From the NCBI RefSeq assembly GCF_018977255.1, contig NW_024704743.1:54376001-54440000 (forward strand): a stretch of DNA of 64,000 nucleotides. The letters run 5' to 3'. A model generated the notes under the pieces. It saw only the letters and a program-made list of their open reading frames with translations. It did not search any database and was not told the origin of the DNA. The position numbers were made by a program, and so were the translations under genes. The stretch comes from Callorhinchus milii (taxonomy: Eukaryota). Below are positions 12,101-24,814 of the stretch, piece by piece. Each line of letters begins with the position of its first letter. Within the stretch, counting starts at the first letter, position 1.

Positions 12101-14595
12101 ATTGAAAAAAAGGTGCGCTTGAACATCAATAAAGAACATACTGTTTTATGAAATTAGGTGTATAGAGACTCCAATTCCCAGCACCAACAGATCATGACGT
12201 TGGAATACTCAGCAGCTGAGCAACATTTTAATTAACGTACACTTAACCAAAGAGATTTTTCACGGGTTGATATAAAGCACATGTTCAGACCAATTTTTAT
12301 AAAATGACATCTGCACACGTTTCCAAGATTTACTTACCCCCCAAAAAAAACAAATTACTTCAGATTGGGCTCAGAGCTGAGTGGTGCCAAAGCTGAGGCT
12401 GAGTTTCAGGTGGAGCAAGGGCTCAGTGTCTCTAAACATTGTTGAAAGCAATAGAATTTCTGAAGCTCTCGTCAGTTTTCCTCTGACAATTTTCAGTCAC
12501 TGCCACACAAATCCAGGTCAATTCACATTATAGGCACTGTGCGCAGGCAGGGCTTTTGATACACCCCAGGGCACCTGTATGAAATATCACCCTGTCTTGT
12601 GGACAGCTGTAAATCTGTCAGTATTCGACCACCTTTCCCTTCCGTTCTTGTGAACGTGGACTCCTAGTCAGTGGCGTGAAACATTTGAGACATTCTCCCA
12701 ACATGAAAGGCGCTTGTATAAATATAAATTGTTACTGTTGCTGCTGTTTTTTTTGCTCCTTCGTTGAGATAAAGTAGAATAACGTTATGGACACAGGGTC
12801 TATAGGTTTAATGGGGCTCTTTCACTCACTCTGTGAATGCTTCCACAGAATCCTCTTAGTTTTTCTTGCTGGAGAACAAGGGACGACAAAACACCACTGA
12901 AGCAGGTGCGTTGTGAAATCCATGGGGTGGAATGGAGTGTAGGCGGAGGAGGAAACAGAAGGAAAAGAGAAACATTAATAATTATTGCTTTTCTGTGAAT
13001 AGTTCAACAGTGCATAGGGTTGTCAGGGAACTCCATAGGGTTGTCAGAGAAAATATCGGTGTTCCCAAGTGCCTGTAAATATACGAAAACAACTTTAGGA
13101 AGAGAGAGCAGAGAATGAGACCAAGGGAGTGTAAAGGAGCAAAGCAGGAAGAGGACAACAATTTCTACGATCTGTCCAGTACTAATAGAATTCCATTATA
13201 ATGTGCTGTATATTGGATAGGAGTTGTCAGTAATGTAATCTAATACTGTATTGTGGCCCAAAATGCTGCCATACGATTTAGTGGCAAACAAGAATCAATC
13301 AGTAGATTTTCAGAATAATTGAAGAAATTTAGAACTGGGTTATTTGAGAGAAAACAGGGTCTGTAACATCATTTGTCTCTTATATGTATCCATGGTATTA
13401 GGTGAAAAACATATAACATATTTCCGTAATGTTACATCTGAAAACACGATGATTAACACAATAACTGAGAATGCAAAAAAATTCCTACCGTGCCGTAGAG
13501 GTGACAGAAACGCAACACTGATACTGAGCAGTTTTTGTGTATGCAATAGGTGCCAAAATATTTCTCCTATCCTTAGCTAATTGAACTGGAACTGCAAGAA
13601 GCGGTGGTGTGATAATATCACCAGCAGGCTCTGAGATATCTGTGTGACAGATGTAGAGTAACCCCTACAGCCCAGTTTTCCACATCTTGCAGACAATAAA
13701 AAGGCTTGAAAATGGAACATTAAACAATGTGAATGCTACTTTTGCTATCTTACATTTAAAACATCATTGAAATCAGAAAGTTCATTTACAAAGGACTGGC
13801 AGTTGCAATCAAAGCAATAATGTAGTGCTGAGAAAAAAGGGTAATTGGTTTGGTAAAGATCGCTTTCCATTACACCATAAAGCACTACACAATAGGAAAG
13901 GTCACCAATTAAGCAATCATGAATACCAAGTACTGAAGCTGATGAAAATAGGGCAGTGGTTTAAATAGATTTGCAAGCAATTTACCTTTTCACAATGTTG
14001 GCAATCTGATGCAATTTGCTTGCAATTTTGTCTGCTTTCAGTAGCACTCCAAGCTGACACTACACCGACCAAATGGCATGGAGGCTTGCATAAAAAATGT
14101 ACAACTATCTTGGCTGCATCAGGGCACCAGGACAGTGGTTCATCAGGAAAATTACAACAATTAGCATAAGTGCAGAAATTCAACACTTTAAATGTCAGGC
14201 TCACTGGCTGTGCTTGGGACTTTAAGAGCACCATCTCCACTGCTAGCTTAACTGTGAACATGAAGCAATCACCAACAAGCCCCGAGGACTGATGACTTGC
14301 AATTGGTGTAATAACTGTGTGTCTGAAAGAAGCCTCTCAGCCACCAATACTAAAGCAAACATTTGTTTTCATGTCTCTCCCCATCACACCCCCCCTTTTC
14401 GTTCGTTTTAACCTTTCAAAATCATTGAAACATTTCTGCCTCATTTTTAAACAAGAAATGACTCACATGAAACAACTTACTATTTGTGGCCTTTCCTGTC
14501 CCTTGCCTTTAAGAAATAACTTTGTCACTTTTGCAGTGAAATGGCAAAATAGTTAAGTATTTTGTGAAAGTACTTAAGTACTCAGATTTATATCT

Positions 14596-14995
14596 GAGCC
14601 TAGCTCAAATGGTCGTACAGCTCTGAGTCAAAAGATTGTGGGTTCAAGCTCCACGCCTAGTCTAGGCTGACCCTCCAATGCAGTGCTGGTGGGCATTCAG
14701 GATTTTTGGATGTGGGGTCCTTCAGATGTTAAACCAAGATCCTGTTTGTACACTGAGGTGGACGTCAAAGATCCCATTTTGAAATAGGAAGAAATTTCTC
14801 CTGATGTCCTGGCCAACAATTCCCCAAAATAAAATCAGTCATTCACTTCATGGCTCTTTGTGGGATATTGCTTTGCACAAATCGGCTGCCACTTTGACCT
14901 ATAAAATACAGTCACTACTTAACAGTAAATCACGGGAGGCACATTGGAGACATCCTCCTGACGTGAGAAGCGTTACATCAAAAGGAAGGATTGCC
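14596..14995 (+). mobile_element. Older Deu-domain SINE
   Basis: Same motif series. Confidence 0.8.
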
Positions 14996-15189
14996 ATCAT
15001 TTCAACTGGGATTGAAGTAGCTGCTGCTCCATACTTGAGAAAACACTTTTTGTAAGCTAAGCTATATTATTTGCTTCCTTCTTCCAGGTCACTTTCATGC
15101 TGTGTGTTATACTCTGGTCGGGGGGATGTGCCATCTGCTCCAACACCTATAACAATACTGTTTTTAATGCTCTTCTGAGATAGGACTTA

Positions 15190-15567
15190 TAATAATAATA
15201 ATAAGAATAATAATCCTTGCATTTGATATAGTGCCTCATCACATCTCCGAGACGTCTCAAACCGCTTCACAGAATACACTGTAAAGTGAATTGACTTTGT
15301 GAAATTTGTGGGCGAAATGAGGCAGCCAATTGCCCACTGCAGTGTAATACCACAAACAGTCGTGGATTAAGTGACCAATTCTTTTTATGGAATTATTATC
15401 CCTGGAAACGCAATCCGCCAATTGACTATCAGCCAGGTTCCTACTTACTGCTACGTAAACAGAGGGGTTTGGTGTAAGGAAACTTGCCCAACATTTCGCC
15501 CTGCAGGAACTGAACCTGGGACTCTCGTTTGCGAGGCGAGTGGTCTACCCGCTGAGCTACAGGACTC
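15190..15567 (-). mobile_element. tRNA-derived SINE, long subfamily
   Basis: Same head and tail, plus the extra ctgtttac.tagcagtaagtaggaacc..gtcgattggcggat segment. Confidence 0.9.
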
Positions 15568-15989
15568 AGGACTTCCCTCTCTTATACTTTATAAACAAGT
15601 GTGAGGCTTCTGGTTAGTGTTTCTCCATGGTGGCACTGTTGAGATCATATATCTTAGAGTTTAGGGTAAGAAATTCTACCTGGGTTTAGGCATAGTCTTT
15701 TTTCTTAGTATTTTAGAATGTGCAAGCTTTGGACAATTTTTAAATTCAGTCAGGACTCTACTGTAAAGCATATTTGTAAGCAACACTTGAACACTGTAAA
15801 AAAATCGAACAGGCTTTTTGGAAATATTAAAGTAAGCAGGAGAATGGGATTAGATTAGATAGCTCATGTCGAGAAAAGTACTCGGGCAGATTTGATTTCC
15901 CAAATGACCTGTTTTTCTGCTGTGATATAAAATGGGGTGAAAAATTTGATTAAAAAAAGACATTGCTGAAATTTGTTGTCCAACCAGAC

Positions 15990-16074
15990 CTTAAGTATCA
16001 ATGGCTTTGGGGGGTGAACACGCCCACTGACTTTAGTATAGTAGTCTGACATTATAGTGCATTTGAATTTATAA
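15990..16074 (-). CDS. Candidate exon K (YKFKCTIMSDYYTKVSGRVHPPKPLILK, phase 2->0)
   Basis: Good acceptor tcaattacattttcag| and weaker donor AAG|gtctgg. Phase matches exon J. Confidence 0.5.
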
Positions 16075-17634
16075 CTGAAAATGTAATTGAAATTGAAAAT
16101 GTTATAATTTGTTTTTATTTGATATTTGTCAACGAACTGGTAAATGACTAGCTGAATGAACACCAGTGACTATTTATATTGTGTGAATTACTTGTGTAGA
16201 ATAGAACGTGGACCAGCCGTAATCGTAAACAAAATTGACTCATAGAATCATAGAATTATACAGCACAGAAGGAGGTCATTCGGCCCATCGTGTCTGTGCC
16301 GGCTCTTTGAAAAGAGCTATTCAATTCAATCCCATGCCTCCGCTGTCATAATTAAATCCTTTTAACAAGGCAAAGAAAGCAGAGATACTAAGATGGGAGA
16401 TATGTGTAAGGGAATATACATTGAACAGTTGATTCTTTTTGGGAGAGGGTTTTCTACTTTCCTTAAGTGTTCAGAAGGCACTTCTGAAACCTGATAGTCT
16501 TCCGGTGGGATTATGTAACAGAGACGCTCTGCTGCAGGCTTGCACATGCTAGGATCAGGGTCTACTTGCTGAGGGGTATCCTAAAGCTCAGCTCAGCCGC
16601 AGCAAAGGCCAGACGGGGCTTGACCTCAGTCGGATCCGCTCCTGTGCTAGCCTCACTCACCACGGTGTCACATCCCCACACACCCAGTGTCCCCACATGT
16701 GTCGCCAAAAATGTGAAGCTTTTTGAGCCAAGGCTTGAGGACCCTAGTGGGTGTGCTAGAATCTAACCAGCTGAAACTGCGTAGCTTTACCATTGATATC
16801 GGTGCCTGGCAAGCTGTTTGTCCAGCTAGGACCACCCTACCTGTTAGGACTTTGGGTTGCAGGATTAAGAGTTGCTGAGTGGGATGAATTATTCTATCAA
16901 CAATGCATTTCAGAGCATCAAGAATTCTTAAATACAGCATAAATTTTGAAACCGTTTTTCTGTAATTAGTTTAAGAACTATAGGAAATTGGCTTCACAGT
17001 TAAGAGTAAATTCAACAATTTAATAAATTCCGGATGATCTAAAATGTTGTGATAGTAGAGTAAATCTAGACTCAGGCAGAATTTTACCCACTATTTATTA
17101 TCAATAGTCTAGGCTGACACCTCAATGGTAGAGGACACCTCTATTGTGAGAGTAGCTGTCCTTCAGATGAACATTAAAACCAAGGTCCCATCTACCTGTT
17201 AGATGGATGTTTAAGAATAATCACCTAATTTAATATGTTTTATAATAATAATAAATAATAATAATCCTTGCATTTAATATAGCGCCTTATCGCATCTTCG
17301 AGACGTCTCAAAGCACTTCACAGAATATACTATAGAGTAAATTGACTGTATTTAATTTATTAAATTTGGTGATCACTGTCAAGAGATTATTTGAAATCAG
17401 AAAATCTAAATTATTGCACTCTTCTAATTTTACCTCTGAACCTGGACAGTTGTCTTAAAAAAACATTCTTGCTTTGTGAAGAATACAATATTTTACAAGT
17501 TATGAAGGGACTCGTGGAGAAAAAGTGCACCTGGGGAAAGATTTACTCTAATTATTTAGTCTACAAAAATATAGTTGTTACACTTTCCAGTATATCCCTC
17601 TGAAGCACTTTGAGATGAAAGACCAATCACTGGC

Positions 17635-17930
17635 GGCAGGGAAGCATCCCACTCAGTTCCTGTTTGCTCTGCAAGTCAAAGCCCTAATGGGTAGGGTGGT
17701 CCTAACTGGACAAGTAGCAGGAAAACTTGCTTTGTGGTTTTAGCTGGTTAAGCATCAGCAGCACCCCAACGCACACTCTGGAGTCCCCAAGCCTTGGCTC
17801 TTGCCAACCGATGCCTAATTTTTTCCAGAATTAGGTAAGCAGGATGCATCCCTCCAGGGAGAGAATGCACATTCTATTCCAACAATCAATCTCTGGGATT
17901 TCCATGTGTAGGTGGGATGCATGGAATTCA
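17635..17930 (+). repeat. Unclassified interspersed repeat (other copies at 16720-16890 -, 45120-45285 -, 63100-63285 +)
   Basis: Shared blocks gggtggtcctaactgga, ccccaagccttggctc and tgtaggtgggatgcatggaattc. Confidence 0.75.
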
Positions 17931-18343
17931 AGCCCCAAGTCATGGTATTGAATCAATAGTTTAGGCTGACTATTTTCATTTCAGTTATGGGGAACAGCTG
18001 TATTGACAGAAGTGTTGTCCTTAAAAGTCATAACTCAAAATTATGATTTGGGGTTTGAACCTATAATCTTCTGAGCCAGTGGTGAGAGTGCTATACTTGC
18101 CTACAAATACTGTATACAGTTACTACACCATCCATAAACATTGTTAAAAGCTTTGAGATGTTCAAGGTGTTGTATCAATGCAAAAGTTATTATTATCATC
18201 ATCATATTGTAACATTGGAAATGCCCACATGGGTTCATTCTGAGCAACAGGAATAATTCAATTAATCAATGCTTGAAGAGAATGCTCAACAATAGCAACT
18301 TGCATTCATATAGTGCCTTTAATGTAGGATGAATATCTTCATT

Positions 18344-18835
18344 CAACAACAACAACAACAAGATTCCATTTATAAAGCGCCTTTCACGTCAGGAGGACGT
18401 CCCAAGGCGCTGCACAGTTGGGTCATGACCCGAGCAGGGGGGAAATGGTCAGGGTGAGGGGAGGGAAGGGAGGGAGCGAGGAGGGGGGAAATGGTCAGGG
18501 TGAGGGGAGGAAAGAGAGGGAGCGAGGAGGGGGAAGAGAGTCGAGAGGGGAGCTGAAGGCTCGGTCAAAGAGAAAGGTTTTGAGACCGGCCATGAAGGAA
18601 GAGAGGGAGGAAGCAAGGTGAAGGCACTGGGGGATAGAGTTCCAGAGCCTAGGGGCTGAGAGGCTGAAGGCCCGACCACCGATGGTAGGGCGATTGGGGC
18701 GGGGGACGTGGAGCAGACCGGAGCCGGAGGAACGGAGGGTACGGGCAGGTAGGTAGGGGGATAGTAGGTTGGAGAGGTAGGAGGGAGCAAGGCCGTGAAT
18801 AGCCTTGTAGGTGAGGATGAGGATCTTGAAATCAA
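18344..18835 (-). mobile_element. Young L2 3' fragment (second subfamily)
   Basis: (CAA)n tail, CpG-rich, L2 C-terminal coding on the reverse strand. Confidence 0.9.
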
Positions 18836-21800
18836 TTCACTTCATAAAGGTGATGAATATCACCAAGAAGGAAGAAAAAAAGAATTTAAAAGTGTTGACC
18901 AAAAATAGAATTGAAGAGATACATTTTTAAGAGGGTTCTGAAGGTGAGGAGAGAAGGCACAGGTAAAGGATTTGGGGAGTTCCAGAGACCGGACATCCTG
19001 GCCAAATGCTTGGCCACTGATGATGAGGTGGAGGGAGCGAGGACCAGAATTAGAGGAGTAGGGCCTTGACAATCTCACAATTCCCAGCCATGCTCCACAC
19101 CCCGCCAAGATTTGCCCTCACTAAATGAAGATACAGTGGTCCGATAGGTATGGATTTTCTTTCATTCTTTAAAGGGTGGTAAGGACCATCCTCATCTTTC
19201 AAAGATCATACCCAGGAGTGATGGCCTAACTAGAAGAACTGGTTTGTAACAGCTTTGGTTGTCGGGAATAAAGATAAGGCACAGATGGGGCAAACGCTGA
19301 CCAAACCTGCTTCATTGTATTTCACACAAATGCTAATTGCAGAGGTGCACTAGAGAAGGAGATTAGAAAGAGCAGGTGACAGTATAAGAGAGAAACCTGT
19401 TTTACTTGCAGTGGTAGATCCCTCACCATCAGGCCTGATGTACATCAGCCTGACAGCTAATTAGGGTAGACATGAATTTTTCCAATGTAACAGATGTTCA
19501 CTAATCAGGCCAGATTTGGAGCCCTTACACCAGGCAACATTTCATGCACAATTTAACCATCTAAAAGGAATAAACCACTTAATGCATTGTACTGAAGGCA
19601 CAGCTGTTTTACAGTCAGAAAATTTGCCTTCTAAAAATTTCCTCTGCACAATTGATGTATTTTCAGATAAGTCTGACAGACATGTAGAACAAATTAATAA
19701 AAGTCCTAATTTGTCATTTGCACTCAAATAATAAACATTTCTTGTGTGGACGTATAATGGAAGTTCAGCATTGCCCTTTGCCACTCAGGAGGTCAGCGTG
19801 GATTTTGTGAAGTCTTTCTGCATTGCATAATAAATTAATCCAGTGTATTACAATGCCAACAAAATGCACAGTCACTCCACGTTACAGTATATTCTGTAAA
19901 GCGCTTTGAGGCATCTCGAAAATGTCATAAGACGCTATAATCAAGTGCAAGAATTATTATCCTTTTTAGCCGATTATTACAGTGTCAATAGTGCTTGCAT
20001 TGATTTCCATACCAGAGTTAAATTTGCCAGAGTAATGTCATTATTATATTGTGAGCATTTCAACCTATAAGTCTAACACATTTTTAAAGGTCATTTCAAT
20101 GAATTCCAATTGAAAATAAAGGTGGGGTGGTGGCAATGAAACAAACCAACGTCATAGCTGAACTCATTCAGTGCTATATTTGCTGTGGTGTGCAATGATC
20201 CCAATCTTCAGCATGTTTGTATCGCACAATCTAAACAGGAGGCTCAGAACTACATGGTGCTGTACAGCAATGCTATACTGCCTTCAGATGACACGTTAAA
20301 ACAAGGTCCCCTCTGCCCGTTCACTAAAAGAGAGGGGAGTTTCTCTCAGTGTCCTGGTCAACAATCCTGCAAATAAAATAATTGGCACTCACTCCAAAAC
20401 TGTTCGTGGGACATTGCTGCGTGCAAAACTGGCTTCCGAAATTGTCCACAAAATATACAGTTAATCCACTTTACAATATATACTGTGAAGTGCTTTGAGA
20501 CGTCTCGACGAAATGATAAGGCACAAATGCAAGGATTATTATTGTTACGTTCTCACTGAATCTCAACATTATCCACTTATGTGACGTAAATTTTATTACT
20601 TATTTCAAAAAGAGAATCAGAATCTAATATTAACAAAGGAAAAAGTTAAGATGACAATCTGAGGGCTGATTCTTCCACCCATTTGTATATTTGTAGACCT
20701 CGGTAAGTGAGTGTGAGTGCACAGTATCTTTTTTCCATAAGTGATTTGAGGTTATAATGGGAAAATCCCAACATTGTCTCAGGTCACAAGGTTAGTATAT
20801 TTACAGGTAAACAGAGCATGAAAACCTCATAGTGTTGGTATTATGTGTTAGATTTCATGAGCTTCTCAGTTCCCAGAGTTTGCTAAATTAATGCCTAGTT
20901 GGACACATATGTTGCTGACAATAAGGTACTAGGGGATTATTCTCCCCTTCCCAATATATTTATTGATCTTTGATAGTGAGCATATATTAATCCCTGCATT
21001 CCATTTTAATTCCCATTGGAAGTACACACCACCAACCGTCAGTACATTTACCACAGCATTAAGAAGACAACTGAGGCACTGCTTTGTTAGGAACCAATTA
21101 CATGCATCTCAGCAGTCACCAGCACCACACAGTCATTGCAGACACTGAGACAGATGCCAGAGAATTTCATGGCCCAGTTATTCCAGTGAACTCTGCAATT
21201 AGATGTTGTTATTTTCAACTGGGCATATTTATAGTCACAGGAATGACATCCCGGTTTTGTTCTTATTGTCTGCGATATTATTTGTTTAGTTTTCATTTGT
21301 ACAACTGAAACCCCAAATTCCTCATAGTCTTACAAGAACAACAACAACTTGCATTTATGTAGTGCTCTTCAAGGAGGATGATGTCTCAAAGTGCTTTGTA
21401 ATGTCGGGTGATTGCTAAGTAGGGAGGGAAGCGAGAGAGAAGGATCTTAGGCACGGTTAAAGTGGTACATTTTACAGTGGGACTTCAAAATAGATCAGTG
21501 GTGGGGGGTGGGGGAAGTGGGGGTGGGGGGTGTGGTGGGAAGAGGTGGAGGGATTGAGAGAAGGGGGGTCCAGAGGTTAGATGGAGGAATAGTCTTTGTC
21601 TTATTACTACTCTCATAACATTTATGATCATAATAATATTAATCCTTGCATTTGATATAGTGCCTTATCACATAGTCAAGACATATCAAAGTGCTTCACA
21701 AGATTTTACTGTGAAGTGTAGTAACTGTATATTTGTAAGCAAATGCGACAGCCAATTTGCACACAGCAATGTCCCACAACAGTCATGAAATAAATGATTG

Positions 21801-22721
21801 ATTTTTATCAGTAGGGGTTGTTGACCAGAACACTGATGTACAAGTTTGGAAAATTCTTCAATTCATTCTTAATTTGCAAGCCAGGTATCTACAGTACTTT
21901 TTTTGTCAGATGAGCATCTGATATATGCAGAAACCCATCAGCATGTTTAAGAGTATCTCAGCCAAACTACTGAGAGTTCCAGTATGCATAGAGTTCTTAA
22001 AAAGTGGATACCTTCAACAAAATATTGGGCTGAATATTACAACACTTAATGTGTTAATAATCACTGGTAGTACCTATCAAATCATAGGAAATTCTTCCCC
22101 ATTCCTATCTTTACACAGAGTTATTTGCACATCACATTTGCAACAGGGCAGAAATTAAGGAAGAAAATAGGAAACTTCTGAATTGGGAATTGTTCGCTGG
22201 TGAATTATCTTGAGTGTTCTTTGGATCAATTTGGGAAGGGATTGAAATGAAACAATCATGTGCAATCTATTTCTTGTGATATGGTGAAATTCCATTTATA
22301 GTGAAACAAATGATACTAAACTATCTGAGAGATGAATGAATTCAAGAGCATTCCTGAGGCAAGGAAATAATTTACCAACATTGAAAGACAAATCTCAGTA
22401 TTAATCTTTCACAGTTTAACCCTAAACAAACAGTAAGTGACCATACTGGTGCCTGTGGGTTTGGTTAAAAAACAACATGCAAAGTTTGTGAGTTGGCTTT
22501 ACCAGGTACAATTTATACAGGTGCCTTTAAAAGTGAAATTAGCAATCAGTGAAAAGGATTCTTGAATCACCATTTACTATTGATTGTTCATTTAAAAGAG
22601 TACCATTAGTTCCATCTTTACTTTTGTTAACCCAATCTGCTAATTTTGCATATGGCTTGTTAACCCAAGCCGCAAATTAGAACTCACATAACCAGATATT
22701 AGTTGAAATTATTCAAATTCT

Positions 22722-23039
22722 GGAGTCCTGTAGCTCAGTGGTTAGAGCACTCGCTTTGCAAGTGAGAGACCTGAGTTCAATTCCAGGCAGGGCGAAACCT
22801 TAGGCAAGTTTCCTTACTCCACACGCCTAATAATAATCCCTCCAAAACCAAAAACAATAATAAATTGGTCATTTTCAATCTACGGCTGTTTGTGGGACAT
22901 TGCTGTGCGCAATTGGCTGCCGCATTCGCCCACAAATATACAGTCAATTCACTTTACAGTGTGTTCTGTGAAGCACTTTGGGACGTCCTCCCGACGTGAA
23001 AAGCGCTATATCAAATGCAAGGATTATTATTATTATTAT
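22722..23039 (+). mobile_element. Full-length young tRNA-Ala-derived SINE (short subfamily) with L2-type tail and (ATT)n end
   Basis: A box TAGCTCAGTGG, TTGCAA anticodon-like loop, B box GTTCAATTCC; 3' GCGCTATATCAAATGCAAGG(ATT)n; near-identical copies elsewhere in the window. Confidence 0.95.
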
Positions 23040-24458
23040 AAATTATTCTCTATGTGAGTGGCAACTAGGTTCTTGGCTTGTATCTATAAATTTGTCATTA
23101 TTTTCTGTGGGTGATGACGAGCGGAAGTTAGACCAATACAAAAGTACAAAAACATGCAGGATGAATTTGCAAGGTTCGGAAACTATCAACCCTGTAGGAA
23201 AGGAAGATATTAATAGCCAATACCGTATGGTTAAGATATTATTTCAATTGCCTGATATATTCCAATAGTGTATTCATACGCATTTATTAAATACAAGGGC
23301 ACTACGTTACTTGTAAAGACAACAGGGCAGTTGTATCAGCTCAGTAAAGCCATGCAATACATTAACCAAATGGATATGTGTATATTGATTCCATCAATGT
23401 GCCATCTGCTCTCTTTGCAGAACAAGGCCCTGTAGAACATCTGCTACATCATAGGGACATCCCACACCTGAGCACAACCATCAAAACACTGCCTTGAATC
23501 AAGCACCAGCACCGATTCATATAGTGCAGGTGTTGCCTGTAGCTGCCAGCAAAAACTACCTGCAGCATAGAGAATGTTTTCTCCGAGGAATGAATCTCTT
23601 GTACACCATGAAAAGTGGTAAGAACGTGATATGAACACAAGAGCAGCCAGGAGAGAAAACGATCTCACATTGCGAGGTGGCCACACAGCAATAATATGGC
23701 TAATGCTTATTTTCGACCACTTTGAAACTTTTAGTGAATGACCAATAAGTACCTGTAAATCCTTTCCTTCTTCCCTTTATTATGTACTAATTTTGTGCCG
23801 TAATATGCATTATTTTGCATTTAACTTCATCAAAATCCATTTGCCATTCTTGTGACTATCTGCTTAATTGATACAGATTGTTTTGAATGTTATTTATCTC
23901 TTTTTCACTGTCGCCCGGCCATAACCTCGGTATCCTCTGCAATTCATCTAAAATAAATATTCTCCTCTCTGTAAATTATGAACAGCAGGGGGTTCAGATC
24001 AGACACTTGTGCAACTCCTCTAACTGCTGCCTCCTAGACAGAGCTTTTACCATTTACCATTATCTATTTCTGATGCCAAGCTAGTGTTCAATCTAGCCAG
24101 TTACTTTTAGAAGTTTGAAAAATGTTTGCATAATCTGGTAGAGTAATATAAATGCTACTATTTCCATAATTTTTAAACAGTTATCCCATACAATAAAAAA
24201 ATGTCTAAACGGCCAAACCCTAAACTTTGTTTAACACAACTCTTGGTTTGTGGCCTCATACTGTTACTATGGATTGTACTTGTTTATTGAAGGTAAGGTT
24301 TTGCAGTATTCATTCTTCACAACCCGTTTAATTGTGCGCAAAATCTTTTGAGCGCAAATATAACAAAGTCAAATGGACTTTGCAGTAGTTGATATTGTAT
24401 CAATTAAACAACTTCTAAAACAAATTGCTGGAGATAAATATCTCAATAGTTACTTTAC

Positions 24459-24591
24459 CTGGAGGTTTTTTCTGATTCTTGAAGGTAAAACTTTTCGCTT
24501 TTCTCACTCCTGCCTCTAAATGTTTGCTTTTGTATCAGTTTATCAATTCCAGTACACATGTAGATTTGAAGCCTGTTGCTTGTCCACTCTG
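24459..24591 (-). CDS. Candidate exon J (EWTSNRLQIYMCTGIDKLIQKQTFRGRSEKSEKFYLQESEKTS, phase 1->2)
   Basis: Acceptor aattttctcag|, donor CAG|gtaaag. The only open frame matches the phase of exon I; intron is 145 nt. Confidence 0.55.
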
Positions 24592-24736
24592 CTGAGAAAA
24601 TTGCTCAGTTTTTGGAATCTTTAAGTAACATGTGGTGCCTCTTAATTCTGTAGATTCTTCTGTCATTAAAATACACATGTAGAGGGCAACTTAGAACAGA
24701 TGTATTATATTCTCTACATAAATCTTGTACTTTCAC

Positions 24737-24814
24737 CCATTTCCAATGTTTCTTCCAGATCACAGTCATAAATCAATCCAACATCATGCAAATTGCTGGT
24801 TGCAGACATTTGCA
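24737..24814 (-). CDS. Candidate exon I (QMSATSNLHDVGLIYDCDLEETLEM, phase 1->1)
   Basis: Strong acceptor ttcccactttcttgtgcag|, donor TGG|gtgaaa, open frame (part of ORF 24714..24905). Confidence 0.5.

Noticed and set aside
22722..22795. tRNA-Ala gene (also at 41587, 43030, 37625, 29925)
   Set aside because: No proper acceptor stem, and it is always attached to SINE body and tail. These are SINE heads.
23420..23620. Plus-strand exon-like segment (ctctctttgcag ... gtaaga) or a second Harbinger fragment
   Set aside because: All three frames have stops, and the resemblance to Harbinger is too weak to support.
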